Positions 37,617 to 50,023 of a stretch of DNA of 64,000 nucleotides are shown here, in pieces. A program made the translations under genes and the position numbers. The first letter of the stretch is position 1. Every line of letters begins with the position of its first letter. The notes under the pieces were generated by a model that worked only from the letters and a program-made list of their open reading frames with translations, did not search any database and had not been told where the DNA came from. Source of the DNA: Octopus sinensis (taxonomy: Eukaryota); contig NC_043005.1 of assembly GCF_006345805.1 (NCBI RefSeq), positions 90,334,001 through 90,398,000 of the forward strand. The letters run 5' to 3'.

Positions 37617-37635
37617 AGAGAATGAAAAAAAAGTG

Positions 37636-37668
<33 letters not shown>

Positions 37669-37732
37669 ACAGGCTTCTTTCAGTTTCCATTTGCCAAATC
37701 CACTCTCATATATATATATATATATATATAGG

Positions 37733-38050
37733 GTAACCTCCCCTCGGTCACGAATGACCATGAGATTGCACCTAGAAAGTTACCCTCAAGGCACAAGTCT
37801 GAGAAAGGTTGTTTATGGAATACCAGCAATCGCCCATGCATACCAGCCTCCCATCTCTATGCCACCGATGTTATCCAAGGGAAAGGCAAAGGGGTCGATA
37901 CAGTATGGCACCAGTGACATCGTCACTTATTTCTACAGCTGAGTGAACTGGAGCAATGTGAAATAAAGTATCTTGCTCAAGAACACAACATGCAGCCCAG
38001 GTGTGGAATCAAGCTCACAACCTCTCGATTGTAAGCTCAATCCTCTAACC
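37733..38050 (-). mobile_element. tRNA-derived SINE, family D head with a different body
   Basis: Reverse complement begins GTGAAGGCACATGGCTCAGTGGTTAGAG; 3' part unlike 5451-5775. Confidence 0.75.
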
Positions 38051-38315
38051 ACTGAGCCATGTGCCTTCACACACACAGATAGGCAGGTTCAGGCATGGCT
38101 GTGTAGTTAAGTTTGCTTCCCAGCTATATGGTTTCAGGTTCAGTCCCACTGTGCAGCAGTGTCTGGTCATGGGTAGATATTACCTAGCTTGGAAACAGGT
38201 GAGATTTGGCGACAGGAAGAGCATCCAGCTTTGAAAACACTGCCTCAACAAATTCCATCTGATCCATGCAAGCATGGCATAATGGACGTTAAATGACTCT
38301 GATGCTGGTATGCAC

Positions 38316-38544
38316 GCACACGTGGCGAGCTGGCAGAAACGTTAGCACGTCGGGCGAAATGCTAAGCGGTATTTCGTCTGCCATTACGTTCTGAGTTCAA
38401 ATTACGCCGAGGTCGACTTTGCCTTTCATCCTTTCGGGGTTGATAAATTAAGTACGCACTGGGGTCGATATAATCAACTTAATACCTATGTCTGTCCTTG
38501 TTTGTCCCCTCAATGTTTAGCCCCTTGTGGGTAATAAAGAAATA
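38316..38544 (+). mobile_element. Young SINE family B with 9-bp TSD
   Basis: GGTATGCAC at 38307-38315 and 38545-38553. Confidence 0.9.
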
Positions 38545-39307
38545 GGTATGCACACACACACACACGTGTGTGTGTGTGTGTGCCGCGTGTGTGTATGTCT
38601 GTCCCAGCCTGACGACAATCTATCGACAAAATACAGTAACAGAATTGCGGGAATGTAGGTATTTATTGATGTGTATGTATATATTTACGTGTGTGTATTA
38701 ATGTGCTAATGTGTTTGTCTATTAATGAGTGTATGTGTAGTTACATGTTTGGCTAAAATCGTGTACGTGCATGTCCATATATGTGTGGATATATACACTC
38801 ATATACAAGAAAAATACATATATACGTCATTCATACGTAAAATATAAAAAATCAAATTCCATGATCATGCCTGTTCGTATTGTACGTTTATTTCCCGTAT
38901 CGTTCTATCCTTCTCCTCACATCCTAATATCACGCCCACTTGTCATTTTTATCCACTGCTGCAGTTATACCTTTTTTTTCTTTCTTAGTAACCTACCTAA
39001 ATACTGAAGTAATTAGTGACTAAGACCTCAAGGATTGTTGCGTAGGATCTCTACCAATGAACACTGTCCAAATACTATTACTATTACTACTATAGTCATT
39101 CGGCTGGTTTACGTTGTACACACCCTCCGGATATAATAATTTAATTGTGTTGTTCAGATTACAATGACTGATGACGAAACAGGAGGTAGAAATGGGATGT
39201 GCCTCTTTCTGTTTATCTATTGTTGTTGTTGTCAATATGAGGTTTAGATAATATTTAACAGGTGGGCAAAGGATGTACGGCTGTGAAGGAGTGTTTCAAA
39301 TCACTCT

Positions 39308-39620
39308 TCACACACACACACACGCACTTAAATACATACAGACAGACAGACAAATAGGTTGGTATACATTCACGAGTGTGTGAAGTGTATATGAATCTAT
39401 GTATGTATGTATATGTGTGTATGTATGTATGTATGTATGTGTGTATGTATGTATGTATGTGTATGTATGTGTGTATGTATGTATGTGTGTGTATGTGTGT
39501 GTGTATGTATGTGTGTGTATGTATGTATGTGTGTATGTATATATGTATGTGTGTATGTATGTATTATGTGTGTGTGTATGTATGTATGTATGTATGTATG
39601 TATGTGTGTGTGTGTGTGTA
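39308..39620. repeat. Compound (CA)n/(TATG)n/(TG)n microsatellite
   Basis: Directly visible. Confidence 0.95.
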
Positions 39621-40202
39621 TTCTGCATACATCTCTTTAAAATCTAACCCTCACTTCCTAAGCACACGCATGTCTGTGAACTTAAGAAGTTTGCTTCCCA
39701 CCCTTGTGGTTTCAAGTTCAGTCCGACTGCGTGGCACCTTGTGCGTTTGTTTTTCACTATAGCCCTGGGACAACCAATGCCTTATGGGTGAATTTGGTAG
39801 ATGGAAACTGAAAGATACTCATTGTGTGTGTGTGTGTGTGTGTGTGAATGAATTCGTATTTCCCTCGTCCGCATGTATACTTTGCTTGATGATAATAAAC
39901 AGTGACTTTTTACTAACCTTGTGTTATTTACCTTTAGTGGTCCACATAAGCAAATCTAGGCTCCTTCACATGTTACATTTCTTATTTCTACACATGTTAC
40001 ATTTCTTATTTTCTGAGTTCAAATCTCAATTCAGATTGACTTTCCCTTCCAGTGTTGATGAAATAAACCATCTGCCAAATACTGTTATCACCTGCCTAAC
40101 TTCACTAGCACCACTTGAATGACCGTTTTGAATATGAGGGATTTATTAGAATCAATCTAATAATCCCATAAAGCAGCCAGATCTGAATGGAATTATAACA
40201 GA

Positions 40203-40563
40203 ACTAGCAGTATCGCCCGACGTTGCTCGGGTTTGTAAGGGAAATAACTATAAAGCATTTTTAGAGAGTTATAGCCAAAAAATGGGAAAAAAATGATGGT
40301 AAATTTTTTTTTAGTTAAAAAGTTCGAGTTGCGTCCCCTAGACAGTCTGTGGTTTGTGTTTCTGATTCTCGACCCCATGTTGAATTTATCGATTTTTTTC
40401 AGAACTGGTGGAACTTTTCAAAATTTTCGCTGCGTTAGTTTTGAATTATGACATTGGGCTATGTGTGTGTCAAGTTTCATCAGAATCGGTTGAAAGCCGT
40501 GGTCAGGGTGAGGGTACAACCTAACAGACACACAGACAAACTGCCGTTTATATATAGAGAGAT
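40203..40563 (+). mobile_element. Non-autonomous Helentron/DINE-1/Lep1-like element
   Basis: 5' ACTAG..CCCGA CGTTGC TCGGG hairpin, AAGTTTCATCAGAATCGGTTG core, ACAGACACACAGACAAAC microsatellite, 3' TTTATATATAGAGAGAT. Confidence 0.7.
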
Positions 40564-40804
40564 ATTGGCAGTTCGCGTCGTCTTCACTTTGTTCTGAACA
40601 TGGATTGCTCTAATTATGTTATAAAAATATTAACACAAACACATACACACACACACACACACAAATGAAGTGAAGCTAACTTTAGAGCAAAGGATATGCT
40701 CTCGTTGACAGAGTTTCAATCCTCGGTTAGGCCTTTTGATACCACCCCACCTGTGATCACCCCTGGTTCCATGATACAAACTTTCTATTTTAAAATGATC
40801 TATA

Positions 40805-41085
40805 TGGCCTAGTGGTCAGAGCAGCGGACTTGTGGTCGAGGGATCGTGGGTTCGAATCTCAGACCTGGCAATGTGTGTGTTTATGAGCGAAACACCTAAA
40901 CTCCATGCGGCTCCGGCAGAAGGTAATGGCAAACTTCTGCTGACTCTTTCGCCACAACTTTCTCTCACTAGCAGCTCACCTGCGATGGACCAGCGTCCTG
41001 TCCAGGTGGGGAACTTATATGCCAAGGAAACCAGGAAACCGGCCCTTATGAGCCAGGCATGGCTCGAGAAGGAAGAGAAGAAACA
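40805..41085 (+). mobile_element. tRNA-derived SINE (family H) nested in a piggyBac-like MITE (40730-40800, 41090-41202)
   Basis: A box TGGCCTAGTGG, B box GGTTCGAATC; CCTGCGATGGACCAGCGTCCTGTCCAGG block; flanks are MITE left and right halves. Confidence 0.8.
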
Positions 41086-41761
41086 GTTCCACACACCAGC
41101 TGAATAATGACAAAGTTATTTTATTAAATCCTTCATTATTTTCAAAATTGACCAAGTCAAAAGCAGTGTATTTCTACAGAAATATGGTAACAAAAGCATT
41201 AAAGCTGTTTCATTTCATTTATTCCAACAACAGTTCATAGGGAATGTATAAAAGCCAAGTGAAGAGTCTCTGTTCTAATAATAAATGGTTAAAGAAGAAA
41301 TCTCCGGAAACTATTTAAACTCTGGAGTCGTATCTGACTGAACAGATATGATGTTTATCATATATTTAGCCATTATATTTAGTATCACACTGGCTAAGTT
41401 CCAGAAGCCAGCAGCTCACCTCAGCCTACGCTTGACTCAAGATAGCAGCTTAGACAAATGGACATCCATACTTAATATCAAGGAATTTCCGTAGATATTT
41501 CAACTCGAAATAATAATAATAACAATATTGATTTCAGATTTTCGTACAAAGCCAGCCGTTTGGGGTTTGGGGCTAAGTTGATTAAATTGACCCCAGTGCT
41601 CAACTGGTACACATTTTATTGACCTCGGAATGATAAAAGGTAGCACCAAACTTGACAAAATTTGAACTCAGAATGTAAAGACAGATAAAATGCTGCTAAG
41701 CATTTTGCCTGGTCTGGTTACAATGTTGCCAGCTTGCCACTTTATAAACTAACAATAGTAT

Positions 41762-42130
41762 TAACAAGAGCATTCAGAGAGCACAAGCCTCCACCAAAGC
41801 AACACCAACGTCCTCTCAACGATTAGCCAGAGATGATTTTTAAAATGAGAATATCTGAAATAAACTTGACTGCTCTCACAAACAAGAATACTAAAAATGA
41901 ACCCAACTGCTCTCAAAATTTAAGTAAAAAAAAAAACAGAAAAATAATCCAGAATCTTTGTCCGGTACTGGGGCGTCCCAAAATCTAATCAATTTGTGCC
42001 AGTCATGGGGCCAAACACCCCTGAAAGTTTCATCTGAATCCATCCAATGGTTCTTGAGATATCTTGTTCCCGGACAAACAAACAAACAAACATAACTGAA
42101 AACAATATCTCCGTTAAAGTGGAGGTAATA
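41762..42130 (+). mobile_element. Second Helentron-associated non-autonomous element
   Basis: 5' AACAAGAGC..CCTCCACC, AAGTTTCATCTGAATCCATCC core, (ACAA)n, 3' hairpin ATCTCCG TTAAA GTGGAGGT. Confidence 0.65.
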
Positions 42131-42888
42131 ATGGTTTCAGGACAACGGACTGGCAGAATTGTTAGCACACTGGGCAAAATGCTTAGTGGCATTTCATTCT
42201 AATTTATGTTCTGAGTTCAAATTTTGACAAGGTCAACTTTACCTTTCATCTTTCAGGGTTGATAAGTACCAGTTGAACACTGGGGTTGATGCAATCAGTT
42301 TATCTCAACCTCTAAAATTGCTGGCCTTGTTAACGAAGGTTTCAAATTTTGGTACCAAACCAGTGAAGATAGGAGGAAGGGGTTAGTCAATTAAATTAAT
42401 CCCTTCCCCAGTACTTGACTGGTATTTTAATCAATCAGTCCCAAAAGAATGGTAGTCAAAATCAACCCTGGCAGGACTTGAACTGAGAATCTGAAGAGCT
42501 GTAAGATATGCCAACCAAAGACTTGTGAGTGAATCTGATAGGGGCAGAAACAATGTGAAACCCCTGTCCATATGAATGGGGAGTCTTTTGTTTACAATCA
42601 TCATCATCTTCATCATTGTTGAATGTTCACATTTTCATGATTGCCTAGATCAGATAGAATCTGTTGAGGCAGATTTCTTATTACCTGATGCCTTTCCTGT
42701 TGCCAACCCTCTGCTATTCGCAATCAAGGCAATATTTCACTGTTGAAGACAAAAAAGGAAGAACATTGCCTGTATGATGATGATGATACTCATTTATGAT
42801 CATTACAAGATGACAAGATAAGGGCACACACACACACACATATGTGTGTGTACATACATATATGACAGGCCTCTTTCACTTTCTGTTT

Positions 42889-43138
42889 ACCAAATCCACT
42901 CATAAGGCTTTGATTTCCTAGATCTATTTCAGAAGGCACTTGCCCAAAGTGCTATGCAGTGGCACTTTCCCTTTGTCTTGATATGTGTGAGTGCTGATTA
43001 GTTGTGGGTGTGTCTGTGTAGTTAAGAAGTTTGCTTCTCAACTATGTGGTCTTCGGTTCAAGTGCCACTGCATAGCACTTTGGGCAAGTGCCTTCTGAAA
43101 TAGATCTAGGAAATCAAAGCCTTATGAGTGGATTTGGT
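42889..43138. repeat. Perfect 79-bp inverted repeat within a rearranged family A SINE
   Basis: 42889-42967 is the exact reverse complement of 43060-43138; 92-bp spacer. Confidence 0.92.
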
Positions 43139-43207
43139 CAAATTATGTATAATCAAATTATATATCCTTGACAAGTTGTGGTGCACCTGAGCACAGTATA
43201 CAATAAT

Positions 43208-43237
43208 TTCATTATTATTATTATTATTATTATGATG

Positions 43238-43329
<92 letters not shown>

Positions 43330-43330
43330 G
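43208..43330. repeat. (ATT)n tail of a CR1/L2-like fragment
   Basis: About 40 triplets after GGTGCACCTGAGCACAGTATACAATAATTTC. Confidence 0.9.
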
Positions 43331-43365
43331 GTACTAATTAATACAGCAAAACAAAATTTACTTTA

Positions 43366-43556
43366 CGGAGATGTACTCACATAGCAAGTAATTCGATCTG
43401 AGATCGTGTGCTGAAACGAAAACAATTGCAGCGTGGAAGGTGTTTGTAAGCCATTTAAGAAACACACAAAAGCCGTTCAATTCACTTCAACATTTAAGTT
43501 TAATTTGTCAAAATATTTTCATTGCTAAAATCCGCGACCTGTTCACTGACAAAAAT
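43366..43556 (-). mobile_element. Penelope-like repeat family F2, second copy
   Basis: Reverse complement of 8100-8299. Confidence 0.7.
43504..43553 (-). ncRNA. Hammerhead-like motif with G3-C8 swap (F2)
   Basis: Reverse complement TTTGTCA GTGAACA G GTCGC GGATTTTA GCAAT GAAA ATAT T T TGACAAA. Confidence 0.62.
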
Positions 43557-43690
43557 TTTATCCAATAAAATGTCTTTTAGTATTTAGCTATGATTCCTTA
43601 TGTTCTAAGTTCAAATCCTGTTGGCATTGACTTTGCCTTCCAACCTTTTGGGAGTAGATAAAATAAATGCAAGCAAGCATTACTTTAGTT

Positions 43691-43926
43691 CAGTGGTTCT
43701 AAACAGGGGTCCATATGACCAATGGGGGTTCGTTTAAGATTTTCTTATTGAAGTACACAGAGTATTTTAAACAATTTTGTATACAATACCTAACAATATT
43801 TCATTATAAAAATGTAAGAAGATTTTTTTTATATACATTGAATGACTCATAGGGTCCATCTGAGTAAAATAAGAATCAAAGAGGTCCATAGGTAAAAAAA
43901 ATAACAAAAATGGTTGAGAACCACTG
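43691..43926. mobile_element. hAT-type MITE
   Basis: CAGTGGTTCTAAAC ... GGTTGAGAACCACTG; 8-bp TSD CTTTAGTT/CCTTAGTT (7 of 8). Confidence 0.85.
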
Positions 43927-44908
43927 CCTTAGTTGGGAACAGGTGAAGGTTGACGACAGGAAAGGCATCCAGCTATAAAAAAAAATCTGCCTCAGTGAAT
44001 TCTGCATGACCTATGCAAGCAAGGAACAGTGGCTGTTAAAATGATGATGATGAGGATGGTGATGTTGGCTGGAATATCTTTGATCATCTATCTACAGAAT
44101 CAGTGCAGACATGGAACTAAATAACCACAATGGTAATGAAATGATATAGAAGACCGGGTAAAGAAATCCAGTCATGCAAACATTTATTTCTTTTATAAGA
44201 TATGAATGCTTTGAAAGGTTTCTATTGTACAACATTTCATTTATTTCTATTTTGATTCTGTTGACCTATATTGCTTTTTTTCCCTACCTGTTGCAATAAT
44301 AACAAAACGATATTTATTTCAACTGGGCATTAAGCCAAGCTTTGAAAGAAGAGGGATTTAGATGAATGAATTTGCTGCAATGATAGCAATATAGATATAT
44401 ATCTAGTCTAATGCAGTGTATGCCTGATTAGTAGGGGGTTGTGTGGTTGGTGAAGAGGTTTCACCATATATTGAAATATATCAAGACCCTTTTGGTACCA
44501 ACCCACCTGTGACTGCCCCTTGTTCTGCAATGCTAACTTTCTGTTTTAAAGTAATGTAAATTAAAGAAATTTCTATAAAAATTTCATGTTATGGTCCAAA
44601 AACCAGCTTTGTATTTATTTCAGCAGCAGAACAAAAGGTTTTATGAAAATGATCATTTATTTTTCATAAAATTGATTTCTGTTATGGGCTTAATCCTCAA
44701 ATATAGGGAAAGAACAATCGTCTATATGAAACCCCAATGCTCCTCAGGTATATTATTGTATTGCCCCCAGAGATAAAAAGGAAAATTGACCTTGGCGGAA
44801 TTTGAACTCAGAACATAAAAAGCTAGAACAAATATCACAAGGCGTCATATCCTCCGCTCTAACGATTCTGCCAATCTACTTTAGCCCTAATGAGTCTTTG
44901 GTTCTTAA

Positions 44909-45125
44909 CCCTTTTGTTACCATATTTCTGTTGAAAGACACTGCCTATGTTTCAATTAATTTTGAACATGAAGAATTTCATAAAATAACTTTTGTCATTA
45001 TTATTAAACTGGTGTATGGAACAAATTAACATGAAATTTTGATGGAAGGTTTTAATTCTGATCACTTCAAAACGGAATTTGTGTCATAAAACCAGGGTTG
45101 CCTCAGGTGGGTTGTTACCAAATGG
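44909..45125. mobile_element. piggyBac-like MITE, same family as 14595-14815
   Basis: TTAA CCCTTTTGTTACC left end; degenerate right end GTTACCAAATGG. Confidence 0.7.
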
Positions 45126-45519
45126 TTTGAGGAATCTTTGTCTTTTTTTTTTTGCTGTTGTTAATTGTGTATTTGGTTCAAGATGGAGTTTTTGTATCTA
45201 CAATTTGAAACTTAGTTTTATGGAATTTATTTGGAAATGGAAATGTTTTGTAAACTCTTTAAAAGCCTTGGGTTTATGCACCAATGGCAACTTAGTCTGA
45301 TGGAGCTTATAAGGCACCTTCACAAGGTAGAACTTTCTGAAAGCCGTTATCCTGTATGTAGATATGAAGAACTTTCTTTTCTCTTAATTACTAAACTACT
45401 AACACTCTATGAAGGGAAAAAAATAAAACATATTTCATGAATTTCTGCCAGACTGAAATTATTTTCCATCAAAAGAAACAGTTCCACAAAATGTTTAATC
45501 AATAAACCTTAGGTTATGC

Positions 45520-45703
45520 CAGTGGTTCCCTGGGATCCACGGACCCCTGGTAGTCTGCAAAGGTAGTACTGGGGGTCCGTGAACTAAATTCAAAATTTCA
45601 TGTATATATATAGATAAGGATAAACATATTAAAAGGGGTCCATGTGAAAGCTCATTTGAATAAAAGGGTTGGGAGCCACTGTGAAAAGGGTTGGGAACTA
45701 CTG
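45520..45703. mobile_element. hAT-type MITE with doubled right terminus
   Basis: CAGTGGTTCCC ... GGGAGCCACTG then GGGAACTACTG; perfect 8-bp TSD GGTTATGC (45512-19, 45704-11). Confidence 0.88.
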
Positions 45704-45840
45704 GGTTATGCCATGCTGATGATTTCTAAAAGGAATGAAATAGTGCTTTACATGGTTGGCACTGACTAGAAATTTTAAGAACTTTATGATAAAAAACAGA
45801 AAATGTGTATTTTTTGTGCATCTTTTTCTTTATCCCTTAA

Positions 45841-46270
45841 CCCTATCACACCATGTTCCTGATTTACCAGGATTAGCATAAATTTAATCTCTAATGGATA
45901 ACATATGCAAATTAAGAAGATAAAATACTAAAAATAGACAACTGGTCATGATGCAGCTTTGTAGTCATGTGACGTGTTTATGATTCGTTGTTAATGGTGT
46001 CCCCCCTATGGCTGTTGTTTACTTTTGTTTTTAATTTAATAAAAAGAAAACAATTTTGCCATGAAATAACTGTGTAATGAATTCAGCATTTTGTCTTGTA
46101 AATGAGTAAAGCCTAAACTCTTTGCATTTGAGGAAATTATTGATGATATTTACTCTTTAGATGAAGAGTTTACACTTATGGTGGCAATGAGAGTGATTCA
46201 GACAATCAAACTTTTGAAAGTGAAGAAGAAAATAGCGATTCTAGTGAACAAATATGGTGGTTGAGGAAGA
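45841..46270 (+). mobile_element. Probable piggyBac left end with decayed acidic transposase N-terminus
   Basis: TTAA CCCT start; broken frame MSKA*..FEEIIDDIYSLDEE / NESDSDNQTFESEEENSDSSE. Confidence 0.45.
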
Positions 46271-47709
46271 GGCCTATTATTGTTATTCTCCTGAATTTAT
46301 TTGTGATTCTGTCTGCTTGTTTGCCTGCAATCATTACTTTTGAGCTGTATATGCTACTATTTATTTATTTTTTTTGCTCAGGAGCCCAGTTGGAGAGTAA
46401 AGTTAGATTTAGGGTCCCAGGTCTGAGAGTCAGTTTCTAACTTCTTATCCATCTAGATACTGTGAAGAGATGATTACGTTCCTTGTATTAACTGTCCACT
46501 AGAGAAGACCTCATGCTTGATGTTTCAGTGTCTAAATGAAATATCTAAACAAGGATTGTACCCTACATCTTGAACTTTAATTATTTGGTACTTAATAACA
46601 CCTTTCCATGGTGTTTTTTCTCAGTGTATGATGCTTAGACATCCACCCAATAAGGGAGGTTGTTGGAGTTGAATATATTTTACATGACAAGCAAATTCTG
46701 CAGAATAGCTGTATATGATCTCTTTGTTAATATGGCTACAAGAGCTAAGATACCACACATTCTCGCTTCTTCTTCATAATCCAGTATTTTTATACCTCAT
46801 TAAGAATCCTTTTGTTTTGTTTCTGCTTTTTTTGTTTATTTTTATTAGGTATTTAGTTTTGGGTAATTTTGGTTTTAATTTTCACTTTGGATCACTACAA
46901 TATCATCGTACACTGAAAAGGTAATACTTTAAAAAAACCAAATACATGAACACCACAACTTCCCAAAACCTTTACTCCCAAAATTCTCAGGCAATATTCT
47001 TAGTGTTTCCTTTCCATAATTAAGCCACTGTGTGTGTGTGAGTGTGTGTGTGTGTGTGTGTGTGTTAGACTAAGATGAATTACTTTTATCTAACAGCACA
47101 TATTGAGAGGAAGTGTGTGAGTAACATACTCTTTTTATAAAGCCAGGCTTCGTTAAGTGCTTTTAATTGCAAGACTGGATATTGAAGATATATTTTTGGC
47201 CTTTAGCATTACTTTCTCTAATGATTATAGAACAATAAAGACTTGGTTGGTAGGAGACTGGACTTCCAGCTGAGAAGTCAGTGGTTTGTATCCTCTTGTG
47301 GGCCTTGTGTTGTGTCACTCACTAAAACATTTAGCTGTCAACAGCTAAGTCTACCTACCTCCATGTAAGTTAAAGGTACTGAAACAAGTACCCAAGATAT
47401 GTTGTTCATTTATTCATTATTATCATCATCATCATCATCGTCATTCATCATCACCATCATTAACATCACCATCATCAATAACATCTTTTTAACTTCCATG
47501 CTTTCACGTGGGTCACATGTGTGTTTGAGGATACATGTGTTTGTGTGTGTGTGTGTGTGGTTAAGAAGTTTGGTTCCCAATCTCGTGGTTTCTGGTTCAG
47601 TCCCACTATGTAGTACCTTGGGCAAGTGTCTTTTACTACAGTTCTGGGCCAACCAAAGCCTTGTGAGTGGATTTGGTAGATAGAAGCTGAAAGCAGCAAA
47701 TCATTATGT

Positions 47710-47945
47710 ACGTCATCATCATCATCATCATTTAGTTGTCCATGCTGGCATGGGTTGGACAATTTGGCCAAGGCTGGCAAGCTGGAAGGCCACACCAGAC
47801 TCCAATCTGATTTGGCATGGTTTCTACTGCTGGATGCACTTCCTAATGCCAACCACTCTGAAAGTATAATGGATGTTTTTATGTGCCACCAGCACAGGTG
47901 CCATTTGTGTGACACCAGTATCTGCTATGACTGATTTTACTTGGC
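47710..47945 (-). mobile_element. RTE tail fragment (family C)
   Basis: (CAT)n..CCATGCTGGCATGGGTTGG..GGATGCACTTCCTAATGCCAACC. Confidence 0.78.
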
Positions 47946-48144
47946 TCAATGGGTCTACTTTTCAGGCACAACATAATGCCAACGGTCTCTGTCATTGGAA
48001 TCTTATATGTATACCATTCTGCCTAAATAATGGATCTATAAATGCAATATCCCTGCATATCTCACATCTATTTTCATTCCTCCTCTTCACTCCCTATTTC
48101 ATATCTTATCCAAATTAACTATTGCTTAACTATTTTCTCGCACC

Positions 48145-48192
48145 GTCTCCGATGAAGGGATATAAAAAATATCCCAGAAACAGCTGTAAGAC
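48145..48192 (+). ncRNA. Minimal type-I hammerhead-like motif, U4C variant (family F3)
   Basis: GTCT CCGATGA A GGGATAT AAAAA ATATCCC A GAAA CAGCTG T A AGAC: perfect 7-bp stem II, palindromic stem III ACAGCTGT, GUA site 48186-48188. Confidence 0.7.
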
Positions 48193-49354
48193 CTATTTAT
48201 AAATGTTCTAAAATCTTCACAGCCTTGATTTTTTATCTTGTTCTGAAAAAAAATTATATATATACATACAAGCACACACACACACATACACATATATGTG
48301 TTACTTGATGACTCTGTCAGTGCAGGTGCCACTTAAAAAGCATCCAGCGCACACTGTAAAGTGGTTGGCAATTGGAAGGGCATACAGCTGTAAAAATCTT
48401 GCCAAAACAGCCATAGAAGTCTTGTGCAGGCTTCTGCCTGGCCAGCCCCTGTGAAACCATCCCACCCATGCCAGCATGGAAGGTGAGCATTAAACAATGA
48501 TGATGATGTAAAGAACTTCAAATAGTTTCATGCTGTAGAAATACAATGATTTGGTAGATTCATACAATACGTTGTTAGTATCTATAATGGAACGGTAAAC
48601 ACACACACACACACATTTTCACATTATAAGAATTTTATAAACTTTCAAGAAAATTTGAAATAATATGTAAATATTGTGTTGCAAGGCCTTTTGGGATGGA
48701 AAGACTTTCTCAAGGTGTCACATAATGGGATTGAACCCAAAGTGATGTGAGCAAGAAGCAAACTTCTTAACCAAGCAGGAACCGTATTGTGAACAGTATG
48801 GAATAAAAGTGAAGTTCTTGAGAAACTAATACTTCACCAAAGTTCTGCTTCCTTATTGCAGACCTTTCGTTTCATGTATGTTACTAATTAGCCAGCAAAG
48901 AACTTGAACATCACAGAATCATGTTTCTCATTTCCCTTATAAATTTGAGAGTGTGGTTATAGGTGAAAACGCTTTCTGAAGAACTACGAATGGAAATGTC
49001 TCTTGAAAGGAGAAATAGGTCGTTCTTGAATCATACAATCTGTTTCCTGTAAATAATGTATGTGTGTGTGTGTGTGTATGTGTGTGCGTGTGTGTGTGTG
49101 TGTGATTATGTGGTAAGGTTTCAACAAGTAGATCAGCTAAGAGAGTAAAGATAATGTTGTGATAAAAACCACAAATCTTGTCAAATTACCCAGGGTTTTC
49201 TGGCTGAAATTATAATTTATTTCACTATTTTTCAAACTGAAAATAAGACCATGTTGTCTTTTGAGCAGATGATATTTAAACAAGAGATGTTAGTAACGAA
49301 GAAGACAAGAAGAAAAATACAAGGGAGATAATCAATAATTTCATGTCAAGCAAG

Positions 49355-49395
<41 letters not shown>

Positions 49396-49981
49396 TATAT
49401 TCTATATAAATATATACGTTTTTATTATTACTTTGCAATTTACGTAATCATCTGTATAGTATTGTTATTTTATATTTAATATTTCTATTATATGTAATTT
49501 TCTAGATGGTGTAATTTAATTGTTTCATTTTGATTTGATAAAAGGTGTTTTTTTCTAATTTTTATATATATATTATATTTTGTGAATTTTGATTTAGTAT
49601 TTCTAAATTGAATTTTTCCCTGTTAGGATTAATATTCCCTCAAATAATAATAATAATTATTATTATTATTATTATTATATATATCATGCATCATCATTAT
49701 TTTAACATCTACATTTCCTTGCTTGTATGAACCAAACAATGTAAAATCTGCCTCAAATTCATTGAGGCGGGGTTTTCTTTACAGTTAGGTTCTCTTTCTG
49801 GGGCTAACTTTTGCCTGTTCCCGGGTGAGGTACTATTTTCCCCTACTTTGTCAAACATGAGCTGCACAATGGTCAGGCATGTTTTTGCGGAAGGTTGCAA
49901 ATGAACAACACCTGTTGAGCAATGCTTGGTATGACAAGGGGACGTAAACTTACACACACACACACATGTACTCATGCGCAT

Positions 49982-50023
<42 letters not shown>

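Noticed and set aside
39167-39185. CTGATGA-C-GAAAC hammerhead core
   Set aside because: Only one nucleotide between the core halves, so no stem II; no stem I or III pairing.
40137-40170. GGGATT..AATCCC small palindrome resembling paired homeodomain sites; also the CTACTTCT-CCA-AGAAGTAG hairpin at 12911
   Set aside because: Too short to distinguish from chance without conservation data.
40805-40865. tRNA gene (A and B boxes; also 5451 and other SINE heads)
   Set aside because: No complete cloverleaf or acceptor stem; continues directly into SINE bodies.
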